Of a DNA stretch of 64,000 nt, positions 49,589 through 59,236 are shown piece by piece. The position numbers were made by a program, and so were the translations under genes. Within the stretch, counting starts at the first letter, position 1. Every line of letters starts with the position of its first letter. The notes beneath the pieces are model-generated. The model searched no databases, was not told the DNA's origin, and worked only from the letters and a program-made list of their open reading frames with translations. The stretch comes from an uncultured Alphaproteobacteria bacterium. Lineage in GTDB: Bacteria; Pseudomonadota; Alphaproteobacteria; SHVP01. The DNA is taken from positions 786-64,785 of the forward strand of contig CAYGKG010000002.1 of assembly GCA_964350495.1 (NCBI GenBank). The letters run 5' to 3'.

Positions 49589-50744
49589 TGAGCCGACGGA
49601 TTTCTTTAGTGCCACCGCCAATCTCTTGGATCTTCGCCGAGCGGTAGAGCCTATTGACCTCGGTCTCCCGCATAAAGCCGCTACCGCCGTGGATTTGAAC
49701 GGCTTCGTCGCAAATTCTCATACAAGCTTCGCCCGCATACAAGAAAGCGGCAGCCGACAATTTGTGAATCTCGCCACGGCCGCCCTCGCCCGCGCCAAGG
49801 GCATTTGCCATCGCGAGCGCCCGGTAGACAATCCCGCGCATCGTTTCCAAAGCGACGTACATTTCGGCAAGCTTAGCTTGGATCAACTGGAAATTGCCGA
49901 TCCGCTGACCGAACTGCCGCCGATCCTTGGCATACTCGACCGACAACGCAACGGCGCGCTCGGCCATCCCTAGGACCATCATCGAACAAAAGGCGCGCTC
50001 GATATCGAGCCCGGACATCATGACGGCAATTCCGTTGTTCTCTTCGCCGATCAAATTCTCGACCGGGACGCGGCAGTCGTCGAAGTAGAGAGCGCCGGTC
50101 GGGCTCGCTCGGATACCCATCTTGTCGAACGGCGGGCTAGCCGAAAACCCTGCGAACTTCTTCTCGACAACGAATGCCGAGATGCCCTTCTTGCCGCGCT
50201 CCGGCGCGGTCTTGGCGTAGACAAGGACGATGTCGGCGATTGGCCCGTTGGTGATGTAGGTCTTGCCGCCGTTCAGAACATAGCTGTCGCCGTCGCGAAT
50301 CGCGGTCGTTGCCATCCCCCCCAGCGCGTCAGACCCGGCATTGGGTTCGGTCATCCCGATCGCGCCGACAAGCGTGCCGTCGGAGAGACCCGGCAAGTAC
50401 CGCCGCCGTTGGGATTCGCTCCCGTTCTGAAAGAGATTGTTGACGCACAGATTGTCGTGACTTTGCCAGGACGTCGACACGGCAGGATCCACCCGACCGA
50501 TGGCCTGACCAACGAGGCCGGCGGAAAACAAATCCAAACCGGCGCCACCATAGGTCTCGGGCACACTCGCCCCGAGGACACCCATTTTGGCCAGCCGACC
50601 AAAGCCGTCGTCGGGCCACTGACCTGAAAGATCACGCTCCATCGCGTCGGCCTCAAAGTGAGCGCGGGCGCTGCGCGTCATATCATCGAGCAACGCTCGG
50701 TGCTCGTCGTTGAGATCAAAGTTCGGCGCGGCGATATCGGTCAT
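49560..50744 (-). CDS. Acyl-CoA dehydrogenase
   Basis: GMTEPNAGSD, YITNG and IHGGSGF motifs. Confidence 0.9.
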   Translation of the reverse strand: MTDIAAPNFDLNDEHRALLDDMTRSARAHFEADAMERDLSGQWPDDGFGRLAKMGVLGASVPETYGGAGLDLFSAGLVGQAIGRVDPAVSTSWQSHDNLCVNNLFQNGSESQRRRYLPGLSDGTLVGAIGMTEPNAGSDALGGMATTAIRDGDSYVLNGGKTYITNGPIADIVLVYAKTAPERGKKGISAFVVEKKFAGFSASPPFDKMGIRASPTGALYFDDCRVPVENLIGEENNGIAVMMSGLDIERAFCSMMVLGMAERAVALSVEYAKDRRQFGQRIGNFQLIQAKLAEMYVALETMRGIVYRALAMANALGAGEGGRGEIHKLSAAAFLYAGEACMRICDEAVQIHGGSGFMRETEVNRLYRSAKIQEIGGGTKEIRRLIIAREMLAD

Positions 50745-50783
50745 TTGAAGCGGTACTCGCGAATAAATGGACCCGTGAACAGG

Positions 50784-51341
50784 TCAAATGTCCTGTTCGA
50801 TCTTCTTCTTGATGTCTTCAATGTTCTGCCTCGCACCCGGCAGGTGGGGGTTCACGCGCAGGGCCTCTTCGTAGGCTTTCACCGCACTATCCCAACGCTC
50901 CAAGGCCGAATTGATCAGACCCAACCCCGATAGCGCGCCGAAATGACGCGGTTCGCGAGCTAGAGTTTCCTGTATGTCGCGGACTGACGCTTCGAAATTC
51001 CCCATGAGATAGTAGAGCGTCGCGCGGCGATTCCAGCCCTCGGCGAACGTCGGGTCGGTCTCGATGACCCGCGAAAACCTGTTCAACGCCTCATCGAATC
51101 GGCCGGCGCCCATAGCATCGTTTCCGGCCGCAATCATGCGATCGATGGCGTGGTCCCCAGATTCGAACCAGAGCGACCAGATCAATCCCTCAATCAGGCG
51201 GGCTTCCTGAAGGTCAGCGGTCTGTTGCAGTCGCGAGAAGAGTTCGGGGAGCCGGACGTCGTCTTGACGGGCCAGCGCCGATCCCACCGGCTGGATAAGC
51301 AAGGCCAAGCCCATGAAAAGCGCAAGAACGGTGTTTTTCAT
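50784..51341 (-). CDS. Secreted TPR-repeat protein
   Basis: Signal peptide MKNTVLALFMGLALLIQPVGSALA followed by TPR repeats. Confidence 0.7.
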   Translation of the reverse strand: MKNTVLALFMGLALLIQPVGSALARQDDVRLPELFSRLQQTADLQEARLIEGLIWSLWFESGDHAIDRMIAAGNDAMGAGRFDEALNRFSRVIETDPTFAEGWNRRATLYYLMGNFEASVRDIQETLAREPRHFGALSGLGLINSALERWDSAVKAYEEALRVNPHLPGARQNIEDIKKKIEQDI

Positions 51342-51427
51342 CGTAATAGGATAGCCGTTACCCTACCGGGGAAAAACCCGATTCCGTGACGCTGTCGCAA
51401 TAGCGGCCGCCCGGCTAGGATCGGTCC

Positions 51428-52855
51428 ATGTTTCGTCGGCGAAATACCAAGATTCTCGCGACGCTCGGACCCGCGAGTTCCACGCGATCCGTGATCGAAA
51501 CCCTTGTCGATCATGGTGCCGACGCCTTCCGCCTCAACATGAGCCACGGAACCAAGGAGGATCACGCGCAGCGGATTGCGCTGATCCGAGAAATTGAAGC
51601 CGCCCACGGAAGACCGATCGGTATCCTGGCCGATCTACAAGGACCCAAGATCCGGATCGGCACGTTTGCAGAAGGGTCGGTTTCGCTCTTGGCCGGCAAT
51701 GCATTTGTGCTCGACGCCGATCCGGCGCCGGGTGACGTGCACAGAGTTGCGCTTCCCCACCCCACTTTGTTTGGCGCGATTCGATCCGGCGCCGAAATCC
51801 TTTTGAATGATGGCCGTGTGCGGCTCACCGTTGCGGACGCCAGTCCAGATCGGATCGTCTGCACCGTTGTCGTTGGCGGGCCGCTCAGTGCTGCAAAGGG
51901 CGTGAACGTCCCGGGCACTGTCTTGCCTATTCGCGCGATGACGGACAAAGACCGGCGCGATCTCGACTTTGCGCTTTCCGCCGCCGTCGACTGGATCGGC
52001 CTGTCGTTCGTTCAAACGCCCGACGATGTCGCGGAAGCCCGCAAGATCATCGCTGGACGGGCGGGGCTCATGGCTAAAATAGAAAAGCCGTCAGCAATAA
52101 ATTGGTTGGGAGAGATTACGAGCCTGGCGGATGGAATAATGGTAGCGCGGGGCGATTTGGGCGTGGAGATGCCTCTCGAACTCGTACCAGGCCTGCAGAA
52201 AAGGATCGTTGGCGAAGCGCGCGACCAAGGAAAGCCAGTTGTCGTGGCCACCCAAATGCTCGAATCGATGATCGATGCGCCCACGCCGACGCGCGCCGAA
52301 GTCTCCGACGTTGCCACTGCGGTCTACGACGGAGCCGACGCGGTCATGCTCTCGGCAGAATCGGCTGCCGGCAAATACCCGTCCGAGGCAGTGGCCATGA
52401 TGGACCGGATCATTCGTCAAACCGAAACCGAACCGACATACGTTGCGCTGCGATCGGCATGGCGGCCCGACGTCAAAGACACCACCGCCGATGCGATCAG
52501 CGCAGCGGCAAAGCAGGTCGCCGCATCAATCGGCGCTGCCGCCATTGTGACCTATACGACGACCGGCTCAACCGCCCTGCGAGCGGCGCGGCAACGGCCA
52601 TCCGTCCCCTTGATCGCGGTTACAAGCCGGCGCGGCACCGGGCGGCGGCTAGCGCTACTCTGGGGTGCCCATAGCGTTCACACCAGCGACACCCACGATT
52701 TTGCGGAAATGGTGGAAAAGGCGTGTCGCATCGCCGTCCGGGAGGGGATCGCCGAACCGAACGAGCAACTTGTCATCACCGCCGGCGTGCCCTTCGGAAC
52801 CCCCGGGGCGACCAACGTCCTACGCGTCGCGCGCGTGCCGCCGGTTAAGGGATAG
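51428..52855 (+). CDS. pyk: Pyruvate kinase
   Basis: TKILATLGPAS and MVARGDLGVE motifs. Confidence 0.9.
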   Translation: MFRRRNTKILATLGPASSTRSVIETLVDHGADAFRLNMSHGTKEDHAQRIALIREIEAAHGRPIGILADLQGPKIRIGTFAEGSVSLLAGNAFVLDADPAPGDVHRVALPHPTLFGAIRSGAEILLNDGRVRLTVADASPDRIVCTVVVGGPLSAAKGVNVPGTVLPIRAMTDKDRRDLDFALSAAVDWIGLSFVQTPDDVAEARKIIAGRAGLMAKIEKPSAINWLGEITSLADGIMVARGDLGVEMPLELVPGLQKRIVGEARDQGKPVVVATQMLESMIDAPTPTRAEVSDVATAVYDGADAVMLSAESAAGKYPSEAVAMMDRIIRQTETEPTYVALRSAWRPDVKDTTADAISAAAKQVAASIGAAAIVTYTTTGSTALRAARQRPSVPLIAVTSRRGTGRRLALLWGAHSVHTSDTHDFAEMVEKACRIAVREGIAEPNEQLVITAGVPFGTPGATNVLRVARVPPVKG

Positions 52856-54121
52856 GGGTGCAGGCCCCCCAGTCGCCCAGTCCAGTAGTTCGACGGTATG
52901 GACCACGGGAACGTCGACGAAATTGCGCAATTGAAGCATGCATCCGACATTCCCGGTCGCCACGACATTTGGGCTGGTGAGCCCGATATGGTGGGCTTTG
53001 CGTTCGCCGAGACCTGCCGCGATGTCGCGTTGGACGATGTTGTACGTTCCCGCAGATCCGCAGCACAGATGATCTTCCTTGATGCCGCGGACTCGAAACC
53101 CGGCCTCGCGCAATAGCGTCGACGGTAGATCGCGAATCCGTTGTCCGTGTTGCAGGGTGCAAGCCGACTGGTAGGTCACCTCCAGATTGCGACCCGGCAC
53201 AACCTCCGGCAGGCCCAATGTGCCGACAACCTCGGCGATGTCACGCATCAACGGGCTAAGTTCGGCAGCGTGGTCCGCTCCTGGGGCAGCGAGCCCCTGC
53301 AACTGGAAGGCGATATCTTTCAGATGTGCACCGCACCCCGAGGTATTGGAGACGATGAAGTCGAGGCCGCGTTTTTCACGCTCTCCATACCAGGCGGCAA
53401 GGGTCCGTGCGCCAAAAGCGTGGGCGCGGGCGGTATGGCCGAGATGGTGATCAAGGGAGCCGCAACAGCGCGCATCGGACAGGACGACAACCTCGCAGCC
53501 CAAACGACAAAGGAGTCGAACCGTGGCATCGTTGATTTCGGGCGCTACCACCCGCTGGACGCAGCCTGTGAGGAGCGCGACCCGGGCCCGCCGCGGACCA
53601 ATCGCGCGGAACACCCTTGATCCGTCAACCGCCCCCCGCGTCGCATTGGCTCCGCGCGCGACCCGCGCCGCGGCCCCTGCTTGTCCGGAAATTGGCACCC
53701 ACGACACCGCTTTTCCGGCAATGACGGCGAGGCGTAGCAACGCTGGTTGCGTCATCACCGCTGCCAGGACACGCCGGGCCAGCCCTTGCAGCGTCCAGCG
53801 GCGCGCTTCCGCAACCCGTGCTCGTCCAAGGTCGATGAGCCGCGCATAGTCGACGCCGGATGGGCAGGTCGTGCGGCACGCTAAGCATGAGAGGCATCGG
53901 TCGAGGTGGGGTACGAGAGACGGCTCCAGGGCATCCATGCCCTCAAGCATGTCCTTCATCGCGTAGATCCGGCCGCGCGGGCCATCCCGCTCATCCCCGA
54001 GCAATACGTATGTCGGGCAGGTCGCATTGCAAAATCCGCAATGAACACATGCCTGAAAAGCCGTTTCGGCGGCGGCAAAAAAAGGATCCAGACGCCGTGT
54101 CGGGGGCAACGAAACCTGCAT
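52820..54121 (-). CDS. glcF: Glycolate oxidase iron-sulfur subunit
   Basis: ACVHCGFCNATCPTY and CLSCLACRTTCPSGV ferredoxin-like motifs. Confidence 0.85.
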   Translation of the reverse strand: MQVSLPPTRRLDPFFAAAETAFQACVHCGFCNATCPTYVLLGDERDGPRGRIYAMKDMLEGMDALEPSLVPHLDRCLSCLACRTTCPSGVDYARLIDLGRARVAEARRWTLQGLARRVLAAVMTQPALLRLAVIAGKAVSWVPISGQAGAAARVARGANATRGAVDGSRVFRAIGPRRARVALLTGCVQRVVAPEINDATVRLLCRLGCEVVVLSDARCCGSLDHHLGHTARAHAFGARTLAAWYGEREKRGLDFIVSNTSGCGAHLKDIAFQLQGLAAPGADHAAELSPLMRDIAEVVGTLGLPEVVPGRNLEVTYQSACTLQHGQRIRDLPSTLLREAGFRVRGIKEDHLCCGSAGTYNIVQRDIAAGLGERKAHHIGLTSPNVVATGNVGCMLQLRNFVDVPVVHTVELLDWATGGPAPLSLNRRHARDA

Positions 54122-54122
54122 G

Positions 54123-55310
54123 TCAGTATTCGGGGTACAGCCGACCCGGGTTCAGGATGCCCTTTGGGTCGAAGTGCTGTTTGATGCGCTGGGACAGCGC
54201 GGCGATCGCTGACGACTGCGGTTGGAACACCGAGTCCACCGTGGGCATGCGCTCGTCTGCACGGATCAGCGTGGCGTGGCCATCCTGCCCCGCCGCCGCA
54301 CGGAGCCGCGCACGGACATCGACTCCCCGTGATTCGCCGAACCAAATCTGACCGCCAGCCCAGTCGGCGATCATTGGCGCGGCGTCAGGAAGCTCGATCC
54401 CGTCGATAAACGGAGAAAGCGCGGTTCGACGCAACGATACCCGCCAAAGGTTGCCGCTAATGCCTACGAGCGGCACCAAGTCTCGGATCGCCGCCCAAAG
54501 TTCCAAACTGGTATCGGTTTCAAGAATAAGCGGATCGGCCGCGCCGATACGCTCATGGGCGACCTGGGCCGCGGCGAGCGCCGTGTCACCCTCAAACCGC
54601 AGGGCGACGGCGGTTCGGACGTTCCCCACCAAATGCCGAAGGCCTGTTAGGGCCCCTGAGGCCAAATAGGTGCCACCGGTCAATGGGCCCACCTGTGACG
54701 CAGCTTCGAACATCGCGGCAACCCCGTCGATCTCGACGTCGGGCACAATCAACGTGCCGGTTTCAGCCGGGCGGGGTGTCACCCGCAGGGTTACCTCGCT
54801 CAGAATGGCGAGCGTTCCGAACGAGCCGACGACCAATTTTGACAGGTCGTACCCCGTGACGTTTTTCACCACCCGCCCACCGGATTTGAAAATTTCGCCG
54901 CGCCCCGACACCGCGCGGAAGCCGAGGAGGTGGTCCCGGACCGCGCCAGCAACGAACCGCCGTGGCCCCGAAAGGTTGGCGCAGATCAATCCGCCCAAGG
55001 TCTCCACGCCGGTGGCACCCAGGAGCGCCCTGAGATCGCGGGGCTCAAACGCGAACTGTTGCGATTGTGCGGCGAGCAAGGCCTGCACCTCGTGAAGCGG
55101 CGTCCCGGCTAATGCCGTAATCACCAGCTCGGTTGGATCATACTCAACGATCCCCGCTAGGCCGCTGGTTGCAATGACCCGCGCTGCGTCGACCCGCCGA
55201 CCGATCGCGCGCTTCGTTCCGTTGCCGCGCACCTCTAGCGGCGTATCCTTCGCCACGGCCCCATTGACGAGGTCGCAAAGTTCAGCCTCGGTCTCAGGTT
55301 CCTGCACCGC
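54123..55310 (-). CDS. glcE: Glycolate oxidase FAD-binding subunit
   Basis: FAD-binding PCMH-type domain; start taken at MAVQEPETE. Confidence 0.8.
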   Translation of the reverse strand, partial: AVQEPETEAELCDLVNGAVAKDTPLEVRGNGTKRAIGRRVDAARVIATSGLAGIVEYDPTELVITALAGTPLHEVQALLAAQSQQFAFEPRDLRALLGATGVETLGGLICANLSGPRRFVAGAVRDHLLGFRAVSGRGEIFKSGGRVVKNVTGYDLSKLVVGSFGTLAILSEVTLRVTPRPAETGTLIVPDVEIDGVAAMFEAASQVGPLTGGTYLASGALTGLRHLVGNVRTAVALRFEGDTALAAAQVAHERIGAADPLILETDTSLELWAAIRDLVPLVGISGNLWRVSLRRTALSPFIDGIELPDAAPMIADWAGGQIWFGESRGVDVRARLRAAAGQDGHATLIRADERMPTVDSVFQPQSSAIAALSQRIKQHFDPKGILNPGRLYPEY

Positions 55311-55315
55311 CATGA

Positions 55316-56803
55316 TCAAAACCGCGGTAGGTCGGGAAACGGTAGCTTTCCGCCGTGGACATGGAGGCGGCCTAACTCGGCGCATCGGTGAAGCGTCGGG
55401 AATACTTTGCCAGGATTGAGGAGACCTTCGGCGTCGAACGCGCACTTCAGCCGTTGCTGATGGGCGAGGTCGGCGGGATTGAACATCTCGCCCATTAGGT
55501 CGCGTTTTTCGATCCCGACACCGTGCTCGCCCGTAAGGACGCCGCCCATGCGGACGCAGGCTTTGAGAATTTCGGCGCCCAGCGCTTCCGTACGTTCGAG
55601 CTCGCCCGGTACAGCGCTGTCGTACATAATCATCGGGTGAAGATTGCCGTCGCCCGCGTGGAAGACGTTCGCAACCCGCAGACCGGCGCGCGCTGAGAGC
55701 TCACCGATCAGCTTCAGCATTTCCGGCAGACGCCGGCGGGGGATGGTTCCATCCATAACGTAATAGTCGGGCGAGATTCGCCCAATTGCCGGAAAGGCAT
55801 TCTTTCGGCCGGACCAGAAAACCAGGCGCTCTTCCTCGGAACGGCTTTCGCGCGCGTCCGTCGCGCCGCAATCGATCGCAATTTTCTTTATCCGCTCGAT
55901 TCCGACACGGACATCGTCGGCACTGCCGTCGACTTCGACAATTAGAAGCGCGCCAGCGTCCAAAGGATACCCGGCATGACTAAACGCTTCGGCCGCAGCG
56001 ATCGCCGGGCCGTCCATCATCTCCATGCCCGCTGGGATTAACCCCGCGCCAATAACGCGCGCGACGCACTCGCCAGCGTGCGTGTTGTCCGCAAAGGCTG
56101 CAAGGATAGCTTGAACCGCCTGCGGTTTGCGCAGCAGGCGCACCGTAACTTCGGTAACCACACAAAGCAGCCCTTCGGAACCTGTGATGATTCCAAGAAG
56201 ATCGTAGGCCTCGCTATCGAGGTGTTTGCCCCCAACCCTGATGACTTCGCCGGTTATTAGAACGGCTTCCAGACCCAACAGATTATTGGTCGTCAGCCCG
56301 TACTTAAGGCAGTGCACCCCTCCGGCGTTCTCAGCGACATTACCGCCAATCGTGCACGCGATCTGGCTCGATGGATCCGGTGCGTAGTAGTAGCCGGCAT
56401 CGGCGACGGCCTCGCTGATCGCAAGGTTGGTCACTCCTGGCTGGACGACTGCGCATTGATTGGCGAGATCGACATCGAGGATCCGGTTGAGCTTAGCCGC
56501 GGACAGAACAATGCTGTCCGCTAGCGGCAGAGCCCCGCCGGACAACGATGTTCCGCCGCCACGCGGCACCACCTTGATGCTTTGTTGGTGACAATAGGCC
56601 AAGACTTGGGACACTTCGGCCGAGTCGGCCGGTAGGACCACCGCGATCGGGGTCTGTCGGTAGGCGGTGAGGCCATCTGTTTCGTATACCCGGAGGCCCG
56701 ACGGATCTGAAATCACGCTGCCCGGTGCAACGAGCAGTCCCAGCGCCGCGACGATCTCGGCTTTGCGGGCGACTACGGTGTGATCGGGCTCCGGCATGCG
56801 CAT
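55316..56803 (-). CDS. glcD: Glycolate oxidase subunit GlcD (FAD-linked oxidase)
   Basis: RGGGTSLSGG FAD motif; start taken at MRMPEPDHT. Confidence 0.85.
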   Translation of the reverse strand: MRMPEPDHTVVARKAEIVAALGLLVAPGSVISDPSGLRVYETDGLTAYRQTPIAVVLPADSAEVSQVLAYCHQQSIKVVPRGGGTSLSGGALPLADSIVLSAAKLNRILDVDLANQCAVVQPGVTNLAISEAVADAGYYYAPDPSSQIACTIGGNVAENAGGVHCLKYGLTTNNLLGLEAVLITGEVIRVGGKHLDSEAYDLLGIITGSEGLLCVVTEVTVRLLRKPQAVQAILAAFADNTHAGECVARVIGAGLIPAGMEMMDGPAIAAAEAFSHAGYPLDAGALLIVEVDGSADDVRVGIERIKKIAIDCGATDARESRSEEERLVFWSGRKNAFPAIGRISPDYYVMDGTIPRRRLPEMLKLIGELSARAGLRVANVFHAGDGNLHPMIMYDSAVPGELERTEALGAEILKACVRMGGVLTGEHGVGIEKRDLMGEMFNPADLAHQQRLKCAFDAEGLLNPGKVFPTLHRCAELGRLHVHGGKLPFPDLPRF

Positions 56804-56882
56804 GGGCAAATCATACAGGCCTAGACCGTGGACAAACAAAAAGGGCGCCAGACGGCGCCCCATTCCGCATCCATCGAGAGAC

Positions 56883-57008
56883 TCAGCCCTGCCGAGCCTT
56901 GAACCGCGGCTTGCGCTTGTTGATGACGTAGACGCGGCCTTTACGGCGGACGACGCGATTATCGCGGTCGCGCGTTTTCGCAGACTTCAAAGATCTTAGA
57001 ACCTTCAT
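56883..57008 (-). CDS. rpmJ: 50S ribosomal protein L36 (Cys-less type)
   Basis: [41 protein letters not shown]; 41 aa, missed by the ORF track. Confidence 0.8.
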   Translation of the reverse strand: MKVLRSLKSAKTRDRDNRVVRRKGRVYVINKRKPRFKARQG

Positions 57009-57143
57009 GGCACCCGTCCGCCCAGTTTGGGAGGGCGCAAAATATGGTTAGGTCAGGGCCGAGTCAACCGCTCCTTGCCAGGATCGGCAGGATCGAGCCC
57101 AGGTTGCGGTGCGCGGCCAGCCGCTCGGCATACCCCTAGCGTG

Positions 57144-57860
57144 TCATTTGCCCCCTGCTTTGGTCGCCGCCGCCATCAATTGAACGGCCCACTGCGGGCC
57201 CAGGCCGTCCTCGTCACCCTCAAAGAAACCGTAGGCCTCCCCCCAATTCTGGGCCGAAATTCGCTTTGCCCATTGAGTCAGGGAGGCGCTGGTGTACGCG
57301 CCCTTTCTGAGACGGAGGTAGCCCCAATCCGTCGTGGCTTCGAACGGAACCAGCTCCTTCTCGTCGTCGGCGATGCACAGCGCGGCCCCATGGTCGCGCA
57401 GGGCATCGAGGGCGTCTGGTTCGAACCAGCTCGGGTGGCGAAACTCGAAGGTAACGCGGCGGTCGGATGGCAGCGTTCCCAAGAACGCCTTCAATCGCTC
57501 GGTGTTCTTTCTGGCGTTTGGCGGCAACTGGAAAAGGACAGGGCCTAGTTTGTGTTTTAGGTGCGCCGTCGACGCCATCAGGTAAGCCGTCGGTTCATCG
57601 ACATCGTTCAGTCTTTTGATGTGGGTAATGCGACGCGAAGCTTTGATCGCAAACCGAAATGTATCCGGCGTCTGCGCGTACCAACCTTCGAGGACTTCGG
57701 GTTTGGGCAGGCGGTAGAAAGTGCTGTTGATTTCGACCGCCGGGAGGCGAGCCGCATAGAAGGGGAGAAGTTCCGCCTTCTTAATGTCTTCGGGGTAGAA
57801 GGTGCCTTTCCACGGTTTGTCGAAACCGCTCGTCCCCGCAATGATTTTGGCATGCACCAT
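57144..57860 (-). CDS. DUF72 domain protein
   Basis: IAGTSGFDKPWKGTFYP...EINSTFYRLP matches DUF72. Confidence 0.8.
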   Translation of the reverse strand: MVHAKIIAGTSGFDKPWKGTFYPEDIKKAELLPFYAARLPAVEINSTFYRLPKPEVLEGWYAQTPDTFRFAIKASRRITHIKRLNDVDEPTAYLMASTAHLKHKLGPVLFQLPPNARKNTERLKAFLGTLPSDRRVTFEFRHPSWFEPDALDALRDHGAALCIADDEKELVPFEATTDWGYLRLRKGAYTSASLTQWAKRISAQNWGEAYGFFEGDEDGLGPQWAVQLMAAATKAGGK

Positions 57861-57890
57861 CTAGAGCACCAGCGAACGAGAGATACAGAG

Positions 57891-58229
57891 TTAGGCGACT
57901 AGCGGGCCGTCAAGTTGGTAGCGCTTATCATAGTCCTCGATCTCCAAGACCCAAAGGTCGCGGTCCCACTTGAGTTCGCGCTCGATATAGCTGGCCGCCT
58001 TTTCTTCGGCGATTTCGCCACTTCCGGCAACGACCATCCAGGCCTGATCGCCGTTGTCCGCAAACATCCGCCGCAGGAGCAGACACTGACGCTGATTCCT
58101 AAGCAACTTTAAGAGTACGCCGCCGGCGTCGGGATCGCCGCGCCGCGATACGGCCACGCCCTGAAAACGGATATCGCATAGGCGCACCTGCGCTTGAACC
58201 CACAGCGAGGTCTTGAGTCGTGGCGTCAT
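57891..58229 (-). CDS. DUF1491 family protein
   Basis: LKTSLWVQAQVRLCD pattern typical of DUF1491. Confidence 0.6.
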   Translation of the reverse strand: MTPRLKTSLWVQAQVRLCDIRFQGVAVSRRGDPDAGGVLLKLLRNQRQCLLLRRMFADNGDQAWMVVAGSGEIAEEKAASYIERELKWDRDLWVLEIEDYDKRYQLDGPLVA

Positions 58230-58276
58230 GTCAAGAATCCGTTGACAGCGGGGTGCTGCCTACGTACCCGTCCGCT

Positions 58277-59236
58277 ATGAGCGCAAATCCTATCGTCTTC
58301 CCACCGATCGATCCCTACCGTACCGGGCGCCTGCAAGTCTCCGACCTTCACCGAATCTACTTTGAAGAGTGCGGGAATCCGAATGGCAAGCCTGCCTTGT
58401 TTATTCACGGTGGCCCGGGCGGTGGGATCGAACCCGCGCACCGGCAACTCTTCGATCCAGCAAGGTATCGGATCATCCTCTTCGATCAAAGGGGATGCGG
58501 ACAAAGCACGCCCCATGCTGAGTTGCGCGACAACACGACGTGGGATCTCGTCGCAGATATGGAGCGCCTTCGTTGTCATCTCGATATCGAGAGATGGATG
58601 CTGTTTGGCGGGTCCTGGGGCAGCACCTTGGCCTTGGCCTACGCCACCCGGCATGCCGATCGCATTTCGCAACTGGTGCTGCGCGGTATATTCCTACTGC
58701 GCCAGGAAGAGATCGATTGGTTTTATCAAGATGGTGCGGGCCGCTTTTTCCCAAAGGAGTGGGCCGCCTATTGCGCGCCGATCCCGCAAGACGAACAAAG
58801 CGACATGGTGCGCGCCTACCACCGTCGGTTGACAAGCGACGATGCCACGGCCCGACAACAGGCGGCGAAAGCTTGGAGCGTCTGGGAGGCGTCGACGTCG
58901 ACGTTGCGTCCTAGCGCGGCGAAGGTCGCTCAGGCGTCGGAGGACGACTTTGCCGACGCCTTTGCGCGAATCGAGTGCCACTATTTCTTGAACCGCGGGT
59001 TCTTTCCACAGGACGGATTTCTTCTTCACGAAGCGGCGCGCTATCGGCACCTACCTGCCGCGATTATTCAAGGACGATACGACATGGTTTGCCCTATCAA
59101 ATCGGCATGGGACCTATCGCAGGCATGGCCGCATGCGGACATGTCGGTCATCGAAGATGCCGGCCACGCCTATTCCGAACAGGGTACGTTGGCCGCCCTA
59201 ATCGCCGCTACGAATCGATTTGCGCGAGAGGGCTAG
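58277..59236 (+). CDS. pip: Prolyl aminopeptidase (proline iminopeptidase)
   Basis: Alpha/beta hydrolase; GGSWGSTLALAY nucleophile elbow; start taken at MSANPIV. Confidence 0.85.
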   Translation: MSANPIVFPPIDPYRTGRLQVSDLHRIYFEECGNPNGKPALFIHGGPGGGIEPAHRQLFDPARYRIILFDQRGCGQSTPHAELRDNTTWDLVADMERLRCHLDIERWMLFGGSWGSTLALAYATRHADRISQLVLRGIFLLRQEEIDWFYQDGAGRFFPKEWAAYCAPIPQDEQSDMVRAYHRRLTSDDATARQQAAKAWSVWEASTSTLRPSAAKVAQASEDDFADAFARIECHYFLNRGFFPQDGFLLHEAARYRHLPAAIIQGRYDMVCPIKSAWDLSQAWPHADMSVIEDAGHAYSEQGTLAALIAATNRFAREG